This document shows, one piece after another, positions 37,659 to 51,212 of a DNA stretch of 64,000 nucleotides. The position numbers were made by a program, and so were the translations under genes. The notes beneath the pieces were generated by a model, which searched no databases, was not told the origin of the DNA, and saw only the letters and a list, made by a program, of their open reading frames with translations. The stretch lies in NCBI GenBank assembly GCA_951406725.2, contig OX597821.1:90644001-90708000 (forward strand). Direction: 5' to 3'. Position 1 is the stretch's first letter. Each line of letters begins with the position of its first letter. This DNA is from Octopus vulgaris. Lineage: Eukaryota.

Positions 37659-38414
37659 ATTTTGTTAAAATCGTCGTTCGACTCCATTCTTTCATTTACT
37701 TATATATATATATATATATATATAAATGAGTAAATATTCAAATGAATTCTCATAAAGACGTTATTATTATTATAATTATCGGCAGAAAATCTAAATAATT
37801 GTTAATGCTAACAACAATAAAATTAATGGCAGTAAACGATATTAGCACTAAACAGCTACATAATAAATTCACAATTATATTAGAAGGTACAAAGATCGTC
37901 AACTTACTAGAAAGCTGTGGTTAATTTGGGGGGTTTTACTCCCAATTTCTAGCTAAGATGGTGCTCCATGTACCCTCTAATATAATTAGGAATTTATATT
38001 GAATATATATATGTGTGTGTGTGTTTTTGCATGTGCATATATATGTATATATGCCTGTATGTAGGTATGTATGTATGTATGTATGTATGTATGTATGTAT
38101 GTGTGTACATGTATGTCTGCATGTATGCATGTATATTTATTTAGATTTTGTTTTCCAAGAGAGAGAAGAAATCTCAATGCATAATGCAAAGTATGTATTT
38201 TACTTTTAGCTAGGAAGCTGAAGTTCCTTGGTGTCAAAAAACTAGGCCCTCGAGTGACTTATGTAAGTCTGCAGCCAATAAATAATACATGCATTGTGTG
38301 TTAGGTGTAAATGTGAACAAAATTTATTGAGTCAAAAATGGAAGATATTTTTATCTTAATGATATATAGTTGTGTGGCATGTGTGGAATTTTAACTTTCT
38401 CAGTTCCTTTTCAG

Positions 38415-38546
38415 ATTTATCGACAGTATTTCGCCGACATGCCACAACATTCTCCATTTGGAAAATCTTCAATAATGGCCAGTCATTTCCCAACTTCTGG
38501 TTGCTTATTCAACATCTATCACTTCTTCAAGAGTCAGCACGTTGCT
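38415..38546 (+). other. Candidate 132-nt exon of an unidentified host transcript
   Basis: Acceptor TTCTCAGTTCCTTTTCAG, donor GTATGC, length a multiple of 3, two open frames; no recognised protein. Confidence 0.25.
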
Positions 38547-38974
38547 GTATGCAATTATATAAATAGAATAGGAACATTATGTAAAAATTAGAATTTGTTT
38601 GAAGCTAAATAAGAACATTAAAATTTCACTTGTATTAAGCTGACTAATTCCAAATGAATCTATTTCTAGTATTTTTGTTATTTATAGTTCTGATGCAGCA
38701 ATCATTAAAAATTCAATATCACAAAATACTATAAATTAATACCTGAACATTAAAGCATTATAATAGTGCAAGCTAATATTAAATTCTAAGACGATTGTGA
38801 AAATGTCAGTCAGTGCTCAGTTATATAGATTTTCTCTTATTCATAAGTGCCAGGATGAAACCCAGTCCTACCAGACAGATGAAATGCAAGCATGGGCCAT
38901 TTTTTAAAAGTATATTCAAAAGATGTTCTTCTGGAATTTATAAGAATTTATATGAAGTGGGTTACTTGGTCAAA

Positions 38975-39360
38975 GTGGAGGCGCAATGGCCCAGTGGTTA
39001 GGGCAGCAGACTCGTGGTCGTAGGATCGCGGTTTCGATTCCCAGACCGGGCGTTGTGAGTGTTTATTGAGCGAAAGCACCTAATAGCTCCATGAGGCTCC
39101 GGCAAGGATGGTGGTGATCCCTGCTGTACTCTTTCACCACAACTTTCTCTCACTCTTACTTCCTCTTTCTGTTGTACCTGTATTTCAAAGGGCCGGCCTT
39201 GTCACTCTCTGTGTCATGCTGAATATCCCCGAGAACTACGTTAAGGGTACACGTGTCTGTGGAGTGCTCAGCCACTCACACGTTAATTTCACGAGCAGGC
39301 TGTTCCGTTGATCGGATTAACCGGAACCCTCGTCGTCGTAACCGACGGAGTGCTTCCACC
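38975..39360 (+). mobile_element. tRNA-derived SINE, head A + tail 1
   Basis: TSD ACTTGGTCAAA at 38964-38974 and 39361-39371. Confidence 0.92.
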
Positions 39361-40339
39361 ACTTGGTCAAACAAGCATGTTGATGTGATGATAAGCACCA
39401 TTCAGTTGGTGGTTGTTTTGACAACGAGTGCAGATGCCAAAGACTAATGGAGTAGAAATTTTACTTCACTAATTAGCATATTGGTTAATGTAAGCTCTCA
39501 GTACTCCAAGATCACTTGTTAGACCATTGTTTAAGGCCTTGAGGAAAGTGTGGTTCAATACTTTATGCCATGAAACCCTAGACTATCAATGACTGTGGAA
39601 ACCTGATATTTGGTTTCAAATATTTGGGGCTGTGGACTTTCAAGAATGGCTTGTGATGCAGAGAACCTGTGGAAAAACAAATCTTTAAGTAAAATATCAT
39701 GTGAACAGAAAAAGAGAAATCGACTATTGGAATTTCATCAGCAGCTAAATACATTCTTTAACTGTCCATAGAGCTATTGCTTATGGAAAAAGAAAACGAA
39801 AGGATGATTTTTACACACCAGTAATTTATTCACTGAACTGGCTGTCAAAAATGCATTACACATCCAAAGTGACCTGTCCAATTTATGAAGTTCTTAGTAT
39901 TAATGGATTTAAAAGCATTCTTTCTATAAACAGTTAAAGATAGACTCAGTCTCTAACAAAGACCTAATGCAGGGCTGAATCCAAACGTTTGTTTACTGCC
40001 AATGATGATACTGTGTATAAAGACAAGTTGTTTGTATCTATCTATACAGAAAAGGTTGTCAAAACATTTATAGATATATATTCTGTAATACAATATAGCA
40101 TTGAAACAAAACACTGCTTTGTACCAGTAATTTATTAACATCAAAATATTTGCTATTTACTGAATTGCATATTGAATTCAGTGCATTAAATTAGTCTTTT
40201 TATAATGAATTATAAATCATTATTTTATATTTTTAATAATTAATATTTATAGTTTTATGTTTGGGTAGGTACTGCTTATCTGGTCTACTCAGACAGTACG
40301 TCGCTGATAACACATATATTATACATACCTGCATATATG

Positions 40340-40381
<42 letters not shown>

Positions 40382-41087
40382 CATGATTACATGCACAAAC
40401 ACATATATATATGCATATCCATCCATACATACATATACATAAATATATATATATATACACATATATATATATATATACACATATTTATATATGTATGTTC
40501 ATGTACATGTGTGTGTATTTGTGGCAGGGGTGAGGTGGGGGGGCTTTGTATGTGCTGGAGAGAAAGAGAAAGTGAAAGTAAGATTCCCTTCTCTGCATGT
40601 TTCATATTTCTTTGAATATTATTGCTATTGTTGCTATTTCATTGCCGTACATTTTGAAATTTTGCTGTAAATATATTTTGGAAATTTCTTTTTGCTTCCA
40701 TTCTTTTCCATTTACTTGTATATTATGTTCACTGTTATTACAAAAGAACCATAAATAATTCACCAAATTCTTACAACTGAACATTCTAGAAATTCAATGC
40801 ACTACATTGCAGGTGCGTAATTCTTCAATTCCTTTCCATTTTTGTCTATTTTCTTTGCCATTTTATTTTTTTCCTTTTCTTCAATTATTTTCTTTTCTTT
40901 TTTTTTTGAAATTTCAAATTTGCCTTTTGTTTCTGTATGTTTTTAAATGTATACATACATGCAATACATATCTATATACACATTTACCTATGTATTATGG
41001 TGTATATGATTAATTATGACAATATGTGTATGAGTATTTGTGTATATACGTATATATATATATATATATACATAAATGCATACATAT

Positions 41088-41127
<40 letters not shown>

Positions 41128-41140
41128 AATGCATACATAT

Positions 41141-41213
<73 letters not shown>

Positions 41214-41549
41214 ATATATATATATGCATATATATACATATATATACATACATAAATACACACAGACACACATACACATATATATTCACGTGTGTAAGAT
41301 TTTTACCTAGTTTGAATTATAATTTTTTTCCATCGTTTTCTCCAGGCTATAAATATATACATACATGTGATTGTGTGTGAGGGATTGGAGTGCATTAAGT
41401 ATGATGTATATATGCATGTCCCTGTGAGTATATATTTTTGCCATTTAGAATTTATGTGAGTTTTCTTTTCATTTGACTTTGTTCATTCATATTGTATATA
41501 TACATCCATATATTCATACAAGCATTAATATGCATAAATATATATATGC

Positions 41550-41585
<36 letters not shown>

Positions 41586-42829
41586 TTATATAGAGCTAGA
41601 TATATATTTATGCATATATACATGTATGTGCGTGTATATATATGCATATATGTGTAAGTGTGTATATATATATATGTATGTGCATATACATTCAAATATA
41701 CATATGTACTTATACATGTATACACAGACATGTATGTATGTAAGTATGTATCCATGTGTTTATATATTTTGAATGTTGAATGCGCTTTCAGATTTCCTAT
41801 TTTCCTTTTAATTTCTTTATGTAATAAATATGTAATTTATAAATATTATGCACAACTGTGCATGTATGTGTGTGCATTATGTATGATATTATGTGCATAA
41901 ATATATTCGTAGGATTCATGCTGGCTTTTTTTTTTATTTATTTTGTTGATGTTCTTTTTAATAGGTTCTATTTTTTATATCTAATGCATTTGTCTTCTGA
42001 TAATTTTAGTGGTTTGCATGCAATGGTTTAATTCCCATGCTTTCATGTATTGCTTTCTTTTTGTTTTTTTTTTTGGAAATTACATTTTATTATTTGCTTT
42101 GTTGTCGCTATTGTTATTTTTGCTGTTACTTGCATTATCATCATCATCATCATCATCGACATCACCGCAACCACCGGCATCGTTATTATTATTGTTATTA
42201 TCATTATTATTATTAATATCATCATCATCATTATTAATTTTAAAAAATTTTCAATTTATAGTTTTAGAGATTAGACGAATTTAGAGAAAGACTTATGAGA
42301 GATATTATAGATTAAAAATAAGCTCTGTGATTAAAGTAAGATTAAGGATTTTCTTCTGAAACACAGCAACAACAACAACAGCAAAATATAAATCAGAATG
42401 ATTTAAAGCAGTAAAAAATATGATGAGGAATATAAAAAACAGTTACAAAATTGCATTTTTTTAATTAGAATTTTAATAAAATTACCAAAAAAAAAAATAA
42501 AAAATCAATAAATAGATAAATAAATAAATGAAAAATACATAGAGAGAGTAAATTGATAGAAAGTACAAGATTTGTCTATGGAATATAAATTTTGATGTTA
42601 GTATATAAATAATAATGTTAATGGCATGGTAAATAGGCTGATAAAGCAAATTCTTCCGAAGTATATGACTGGTAGCTGCTAGCATAGCAACTAATTCTCT
42701 GTATCTACTAAGGCCTCCACCAGAATCTATGGCATACATTAGGATCCAATGATGAAATGTCCACTAAAGCCTTTTTCCATTCTAGAAATAACCACTAAAT
42801 CTACTTTGAATCACATCCAACTATTTTAA

Positions 42830-43650
42830 CCCTTCAGTGTTTAAACCAGCTATATTCAGCCAAAGTATTCTACTTGCCTTTATGTTCAAACAGGACAGAT
42901 CTAGCCTCTCACTCTTCTTCTTCTTGATCCTTTTTGCCCCTTGTGGGGCATAGGGCCTCAACAGTTGTTTTCTACTTTTTGCGGTCATTGGTAAATGAGG
43001 TCGATCAGACAAGGACATCATGGCAAGATGCAAGGAAGCTTGGCAAGCCTTCGCTATTCTTCGGTTGGTATGGAAGTCCACTGCCATTTCAACTTGAACT
43101 AAACTCCACTTTTTTAGTTTAAATGAAAAATCTGAGCTTTTGTATGGCTCTGGAGCATGGAGAGCCACCTGCAGCAACAAATGTCTTCATCAACAAATGT
43201 CTCCAGCAGATCCTCCATCTGAAGTGGTTCGACAGAGTGCCAAACACTGAGCTGTGGGAAAGGGCCAACAAAGAGCCCATACATGTTCAGCTTAGACGAA
43301 GGAAATGGAGATGTGTTGGACACACACTGCAGAAAGAACCCTCAAATGTGACACAACAAGCACTTGACTGGAACCCACAGGGGAAAAGGAAGTGAGGACG
43401 CCCAAAGCAGACATGGAATCAGAGCATTTTGGACGAGCTAAGGACCACCAGCCTGACAATGGGAAGCAGCCAAGAAACATGCCAATGGCTGCAAACCTGT
43501 CTAGCCTTTCATACCTACCCTAAAATGTCATTTTAAGCATAAGCAATCACATCATCAAAATCTCAAGGCTACAAGGTAATGCAGGATAAATTCAAAACAG
43601 TATCAATAAATAAGCATTACATTTGAGAGAGTAATCTGTACACTAAAGGA
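42830..43650. mobile_element. piggyBac-type MITE (family 1) interrupted by an RTE insertion
   Basis: TTAA|CCCTT...TAAAGGA|TTAA; the halves 42830-42912 and 43500-43650 are collinear with the 18946 copy. Confidence 0.85.
42913..43495 (-). mobile_element. RTE-clade LINE fragment with a 5' inversion: 3' end and (GAA)n tail on -, upstream coding part on +
   Basis: On +: FINKCLQQILHLKWFDRVPNTELWER...RRRKWRCVGHTL...ALDWNPQGKRK*GRPKQTW. On -: TVEALCPTRGKKDQEEE. TSD TCTAGCCT(C/T)TCA(C/T). Confidence 0.88.
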
Positions 43651-43817
43651 TTAAGAAAGAATCACTTACTGAATAATGTAGTCCTATGTGTATTATACTA
43701 CATCGGAAATAAAAGACAACATGGTCACAAGTAGAACATCTTTGATAATAGTTCTCTTTGATCTGGGTTGATGTAAGCTGAACCTACAACAAATGCAACA
43801 TGAATGAAGAAACAATA

Positions 43818-44230
43818 AGGCAGTGAGCTGGTAGAAACGTTAGCCCACCGGGTGAAATGTTTAGTGGTATTTTGTCTGCCATTACGTTCTGAGTTCAAAT
43901 TCTGCCGAGGTCGACTTTGCCTTTCATCCTTTCGGGGTCGATAAATTAAGTACCAGTTACGTAACGAAGCATTTCACCCAGTGTGCTAATGTTTCTTATT
44001 TCTTTACAGCTCACAAGGTGCTACACACAGAGGGGACAAACAAGGACAGACATACGGATTAAGTCGATTATATCAACCCCAGTGTGTAACTGGTACTTAT
44101 TTAATCGACCTTGAATGAATAAAAGGCAAAGTCGACCTCGGCAGAATTTGAACTCAGAACATAGTGGAAGACAAAATACCGCTTAGCATTTCAACTGGAG
44201 TGCTAATGCTTCTGCCAGCTTGCCACCTTT
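43818..44230. mobile_element. Two or three Deu/Nin-type SINE pieces in opposite orientation
   Basis: Plus-strand copy at 43818-43960; minus-strand pieces at 43961-44230. Confidence 0.85.
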
Positions 44231-47200
44231 GCTGAAATATATATTGTAAGGCTTTTTGCCCAAGTGTCTAACAGTTCAGCCAACCCACCAATATTGAAAG
44301 GTAAATTTGACACTGGTGGGAATTGAACTTAGAGCACAGAAAACTGGGACAAATAATATGAGGTATTCTGTCCATTACTCTTATGCCTCGACTAATTCAC
44401 ACTTCAGGGAAAGGGTATCCTTAATTGTAACTACCCCAGTACATATCTGAAAGCTGCACAGCTCATAGTTTACTTATTCTATTCCCTGACACTCGACATT
44501 CAGTAGTGTTTTAATAAGCATAATTAGGTGTTTTTGAAAGTCATAGAACATTACATTTTAGGCCCTATTGCTAAACATTAGTATATCTCTAGTTTCACAC
44601 CAGCTCTTTTTCACATAAATCAGCTCTGAGGAGCAATCAGTCAGCATTCTTGATACACAACAGCTTGACAGCTTTGTCTGATACAAAGTTGTACTATTTG
44701 GTAACTCAGACTTATTTCTGTTACTGGTCCTTTCTCTATTAATCTGCAATTACTTAGAATTCCTGCCAAGTTGTTTCATCATACCTGCCACTGCTATTAA
44801 CAGTATATAACAACTGCTTAAAATGTTACCATTCCCACATTTAGTCATGTATACTGTGATAAGACAACTCATACATGTCAAACATGTTTGAAGAAATGTG
44901 TTGCTTATCATTAGATTCCTGTCAATTTGTCTCTATTCCTTTGTAAGACAATACATTTGTTTATATTGATTCTATTCTAACACTGAATATTGTATATAGT
45001 CATCAGAGAACTTATATATGCCAAACATGTTTAAACAAAAGTACTGTATATCATGAGATTTTTAAACTGTACAAGCAAGAATTCAACTGTGATCGCTCTA
45101 AATGCAAACCTGAACTTATTCTGATAATTAAAATGGAGAAATTCTAACCTTAAAAATAGAAGAAAATCCCCTATAACATAAGATCAGTATTTATGTAGTC
45201 AATTTTCGAAGTCCTTTCGAAATGGAGGCAATCTGTAACTAAAAAAAAAAAATTCATTTTGACACTTTTGATATCAGTCAAGTTGAAAGCATGTTTTGAT
45301 TCTTATTCAAAACTGTTGAGTCTTGAAATGTTCATTTCTGAATTTAAATTTTCCATCAAAATTCTATGTAAAAACGTTTTGTTCCGTTATGTTCCAAACA
45401 CAAGTTTTAAATAGAAATAAATGTAAATGCTAATTATTTTGATTACATCCTTTCAAACTCTTAATTATCTTCGAAATTATTGGAAACACAAAAGCTGTAA
45501 TATTTCATAAGAAATATAGTCACAAAAGTGTTAAAACTGACCATGTAATTCAATCTGATGAAAGAGAAAGGAGAGAGAGCAAAAAGAGATTGGGTGGGGG
45601 CAGACTGACAGAGAGAGATTGATTTCTTCTTAGAGAGAATTCCATTCTATTATGGGTAATTTTCAAGTTCTGATACGATTCGTTTACAGACAAATAAACT
45701 GAGACATCCAGAATAAATAAGATATCATGGCAACAAACAACAAGTCATCTACAGGGAATTTGGACTAGTGACTCATAAGTATCTTAATAAAAAACTTTTG
45801 TGACTAATTAAATTGATAATTTAGTACCCTACACTGTTATCTGTTTTGCGATTAATTAGGTTGGTAGTCCAATTTCTTTCCCTGTTAGCCATTTGGTGAC
45901 CAACAAGTTATTAGTGTAACATCTTATTTAATCAATTGTTTTGAGAGCAATAAGGTGGTAGGTAGTCCAGCAGTTTCCCATGTTAGCTGTTTTGTGATTG
46001 ATATGTTGATAGCCCAATATCTTAGCCAGTCAGCTATTTTACCTCTCCATAATTCAGATCAATTTATGAATTTTGAAGTGAATGAAGTGAAGCCAGACAA
46101 TATTGATATTAAATTCAATACATTATATATATTTGATAAATGTAAACATATTTTCCTTGATATTAATATTGATTATAACTGGAGGAAATAAATGCCGAAA
46201 TGGAAGATGAAAGGAAACCTCATGTGTTCTTCCTTACTTACTTCGTCGATCTGTATGTTGTCAGATGTCTAAGCAGTTACATGAGTTGCTTTTTTTTTAT
46301 ATAACCAAAGGCATCTGTCAATGGGTCAACAATCTTATTGATTTTTCAGTGAAAACAAAAGAGTTCAAATTCTTGTCAAACTACTGCCATAGAAGGGAAG
46401 AAGTGGAACTCTTTAACAGGAAGCCAACAAATATTTATTAGCCATACTGCTCTTTAGAGTAATAAGTTGTTCCTGTGAATTTGTTATCAGCCATGTAGTC
46501 TGGGACATTTTCACGCTACAAATTTTGCCATGATTGTAAGTACAGTACAACAGTTTTAGTGACAAGAATTAACTGTTAATCTCTTTTTCGAGTCTCTAGT
46601 ATTCTATTCTACTTATCCAACTTCTACAATATGTTTGCAACATTTGAAAGTTTCAAATATGCCAAGAGGTGACACATATAAAACTATACATCATAGCTGT
46701 TTCATAAAAGCTTTATTTTGCTGACTGGGTGTTGTGCTACAATGCACAACTGATTATGGTATAATTCTAAAATGGTTGTAAAGATCTTTTGCATTTGAAA
46801 TATTTAATAAAATGTACACAATCCTTAAATATGTTAAACAAGAAGCTACAGGCATAAGAGTCACCATGCAACATTTAATGAAAAGAAACCCTAAAAAAAA
46901 CTGAGGAATATTTTCTTCAGAAAGATGTAATGTGTAAAGTGTACTTCATAGGGAATATATTAAAAAGGGTTGTAGACTGATAAAAATAGGTTTCAGTGGT
47001 AAACAGTTGGGATTAAGTACTTGATTCACAAAGAGTTCATTGATATTTTGGGGCAGTGAGAATGGTAAACTATAAAACTTTAGGTAGTGTTAATATGTTG
47101 AAAATAGTGATGATCTGGCAAAGTTGTGAGAATGTCAAATAGAATATCTTGTGATGTTTGTGCTAGTTCCTACAATCTCAGTTCAAATCCTATCAACGTC

Positions 47201-48057
47201 AGTGTTGCATTTCATATTTCCATTGTCCATAAATAAAATACCAGTCTATAGTGATGGATTAACTGCACTGGAATTGTTAGTGATGTTCCAGAGAATATGC
47301 TTTGCAGTAACTTTTCTGGTTCTTTGAATTCTGTGTTGATGTTTCATTTCCTATCCATGGCTTCCTCATGAGAAGAAAAAATGCTTTGCAATCCAGGTAA
47401 CAGCGACAAGCCTCCAATACCAGCTGAAGCAATATGGCTGGGATAACATCCTGGTTGCATGAACCTGAAAGAAGGCCAACACAGCGCTGAAGTAGAATAG
47501 ATACTAGGGCTGATTAAAAAATAATTAACATTTAATGCTGGGTGCATTAAAAATCGAATCAAATATAATTCAATGAAGACAAAAAATATGAGACAATGAC
47601 TAATATTATTTCGAATATTTTGATAAATATGAAAGACAACCCAAAACAGATTTCAGTTTGACTGAAAAAAATCATGTCAGCAAAGCATAGTCTTCTGCAT
47701 ACATCCCAAGGTAGTGATGAGAGAATCACAAACAAATGCACATGGTTCTATGCTAGGTAGCCTAGAAAACTGAAATTGTTTAGAGAATGTACAACTCTAA
47801 GATACTACTGAACAGAAAACAATAGTTAATAGGGATATATTTAATTCAAGATGCATTAAAAACTAACAAGCTTTTGTCTGGTTCTCAAGAGGAATTACTT
47901 TCCAGCATTCAACAGTAGTTTATAAATACTGCACACAAGTCTGTGTTGCTAGTTTTCTTCATATATTAGACACAGTCAGCTCTGCTTGCATTGCAAAAGT
48001 CGTGAGCTGGTGGACAAATCAAATATTGCTTTAATTATATTCTAGTTTTTAATAACA

Positions 48058-48452
48058 TCATCATCATCATCGTTTAACTTCCGTTTTACGCACTAGCACG
48101 GGTTGGACGGTTCAACCAGGGTCTGGGAAGCCAGGGGCTGCACCAGGCTCCAGTCTGATCTGGCAGTGTTTCTACAGTTGGATGCCCTTCCTAACAGCAA
48201 CCACTCCGCGAGTGTAGTGGGTGCTTTTTACGTGCCACCGGCACAGGTGCCAGGGGAGTCTGGCATCAGCCACGATCGGTTGGTGCTTTAACGTGCCACT
48301 GGCATAGAAGCCAGCCAAGGCAGCGCTGGCATCGGCCACGTTCGGATGACGCTTTTTATGTGCCACCGGCACAGAAGCCAGTCGAGGCAGCGCTGGCATC
48401 GGCCACGTTCGGATGGTGCTTTTTATGTGCCACCGGCACAGAAGCCAGTCGA
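48058..48452 (-). mobile_element. Meta-type SINE with ~60-bp internal tandem subrepeats
   Basis: GTGCTTTTTA(C/T)GTGCCACCGGCAC occurs about 4 times. Confidence 0.88.
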
Positions 48453-49274
48453 GGTCTTTGCTATAAACTATGGTGACTGATAAATAAGAACAACATAGGT
48501 TCCATATCAATCAATTTTTAAAATACAATGGCCATTGCAGAATAACCCTACAGTTGTGAACATCTCATCTTCACATTTTCAGACATTGTGTATCTAGGCT
48601 TATATTGTTCAGAGTGCCATTCAGTTTCTAAGACAGTAGAATGTGATCTAAGGAAGATTTAGCAGCTTTCCCTCATTGGTTTATTAGAGGGAGGTTTAGT
48701 TGCTATGTCTGGAAGGTTAAATGACTATTTACAAGTTACTTGACAGACCTCTGCTTTATTATGTTGACTAATTTGCTACTGAGTAGCAAGAAGCATGTTT
48801 CTTTTTTTTTTCCCTGCATTTTTCAGGAAGCTTCTATATGGTTGGCTAGCCTGCTGGAAATAACAGCTAAATCTCCTTCAGTGACGTTTTGCTATCTTAA
48901 ATTAAAAGATGACTGCATTTGACATCATAATCACTGATTATCATCATAATCCTTGTCATTGTCACCACTGTCAGTGGTTGCAGCACTGTAGTAGCCACAG
49001 CAGTGGTGTCCTCACCATCATTACCAATGCTGCCACTACCATCAGCAGCAGCAGCACCACCACCACCACCACCAACACCACCATCATGATAACCATTTTT
49101 ATTTCTTCTGTTCAATGTTGGCATGAGTTAAATGGTTTTTATGAGGAAGCATTTTACAACTGGAGATCTTCGTAAAGTAAATGCCTCTAGGCATTCTATG
49201 CAGTGTTCTAACAATTCTGCCAATCGACCAAGAAATAGTTTGCTTTTAATTTTGGCACAAGGCCAGCGATATTC

Positions 49275-49458
49275 TTTTCTGCTCTAGGCACAAGGCCCAA
49301 CATTTTCGGGAAGGGGACCAGTCGATTAGATCGACCCCCAGTACGAAACTTGTACTTAATTTATTGACTCCAAATGGATGAAAGGCAAAGTCAACCTCAG
49401 CGGAATTTGAACTCAGAACATAAGCATTTCACCCAGCGGGCTAACGTTTCTGCCAGTA
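49275..49458 (-). mobile_element. Deu/Nin-type SINE
   Basis: Family match. Confidence 0.8.
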
Positions 49459-49642
49459 TATATATTTTTTGCTCTTAAGAGTCATTAATTGCAAAGTATC
49501 AGCTCAAAGAACATTGTGCATTTAGGAGAATTGCCAACATTTCTCTCTCCCTGTGGTAGTTTGCCTATCTATAGCAAAATTATGGATTATCTTCATTATT
49601 ATCATATTTCATCCTTCTAGTAAATTCATATACCAGTAATAT

Positions 49643-50066
49643 ACTCTTTTACTCTTTTACTCTTTTGCTTGTTTTAGTCATTTGACTGCGGCCATGCTGG
49701 AGCACCGCCTTTAGTCGAGCAAATCGACCCCGGGACTTATTCTTTGTAAGCCTAGTACTTATTCTATCGGTCTCTTATGCCGAACCGCTAAGTGACAGGG
49801 ACGTAAACACACCAGCATCGGTTGTCAAGCAATGCTAGGGGGACAAACACAGACACACAAACATATACACACACACTTATATATATATATATACATATAT
49901 ATGACAGGTTTCTTTCAGTTTCCGTCTACCAAATCCACTCACAAGGCATTGGTCGGCCCGGGGCTATAGCAGGAGACACTTGCCCAAGATGCCATGCAGT
50001 GGGACTGAACCCGGAACCATGTGGTTGGTTAGCAAGCTACTTACCACACAGCCACTCCTGCGCCTA
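49643..50066 (-). mobile_element. CORE-type SINE, full length
   Basis: Family match. Confidence 0.9.
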
Positions 50067-50286
50067 TGTTAATAATTTAATAAGCACTGCCACAAATATA
50101 ACATTTTTGCCTTGTGACTTGCCAAAACCAAGCAGCATGGCTGTGTGGTTAAGAAGCTTGCTTGTAACCATGTAGTTATGTGTTCAATCCCACTGGATGA
50201 TACCCTTGATAATTGTCTTCCTTCCACTATAGCTTCTGGCAAACCAATGCCACGTGAGTAAGTTTGTTTGACAGAAACTGTATTGT

Positions 50287-50514
50287 GGCGAGCTGGCAGA
50301 AACATTAGCACGCCGGGCAAAATGTGTAGCCGTATTTCCTCTACCGTTACGTTCGGAGTTCAAATTTCGCGGAGGTCGACTTTGCCTTTCATCCTTTCGG
50401 GGTCGATAAATTAAGTACCAGTTACGCACTGGGGTTGATATAATCGACTTAATCCGTTTGTCTGTCCTTCTTTGTCCTCTTTGTGTTTAGCCCCTTGTGG
50501 GCAATAAAGAAATA
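50287..50514 (+). mobile_element. Deu/Nin-type SINE inserted into an older CORE-type SINE (50135-50640)
   Basis: TSD AGAAACTGTAT at 50273-50283 and 50515-50525. Confidence 0.9.
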
Positions 50515-50955
50515 AGAAACTGTATGGAAGCCTGTCATATATATATGTGTGTGTGTGTGTATATATGTGTGTGCGTGTGTGTGCATGTGTGTCTTTGCAT
50601 CTGTTTTCATCCTTCCATCAACTGTTTGATAACCATTCATCTTGCATGTAGCAAGAAATTTGTCATCGTCGTTGTCAGCTTTGTGGTCATCATAACGTTC
50701 ATCACCATCATCACCGACCTCCCATCATCATCATCATCATCCTCATCATCATCATCATCATCGTCATCATCATCCTCGTCATCGTCGTCAGCGCCGTCAT
50801 TACTGTTGTTACCATTGCCATGATTGCATTTCGATAATTATTGATTCTTTCTTTTATTTACACCAAACACTAAATTATCATCATCATCATCATCATCACC
50901 ATGAGCAGGATCAGCATCCTCCTCCTCCTCCATATCATCATTATAAGCAAGAGCA

Positions 50956-50990
<35 letters not shown>

Positions 50991-51170
50991 GTCATCATCA
51001 GCATCATCATTTCCATCATCAATATCATCATTATATTTACCAATATACTCTTAACAGAAACATTTCTTTCAAATAATAATAATAACAATAAGAACAACAA
51101 CAACAACAACAATAATAATAATAATAATAATAATAACAATAAGAACAACAACAACAACAACAACAACAAC

Positions 51171-51212
<42 letters not shown>

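Noticed and set aside
40337-41900. YI/HT/CV-rich ORFs (also 8226-8575, 14540-14846, 52081-52510, 58364-59363)
   Set aside because: Translations of (TA)n/(CA)n dinucleotide repeats
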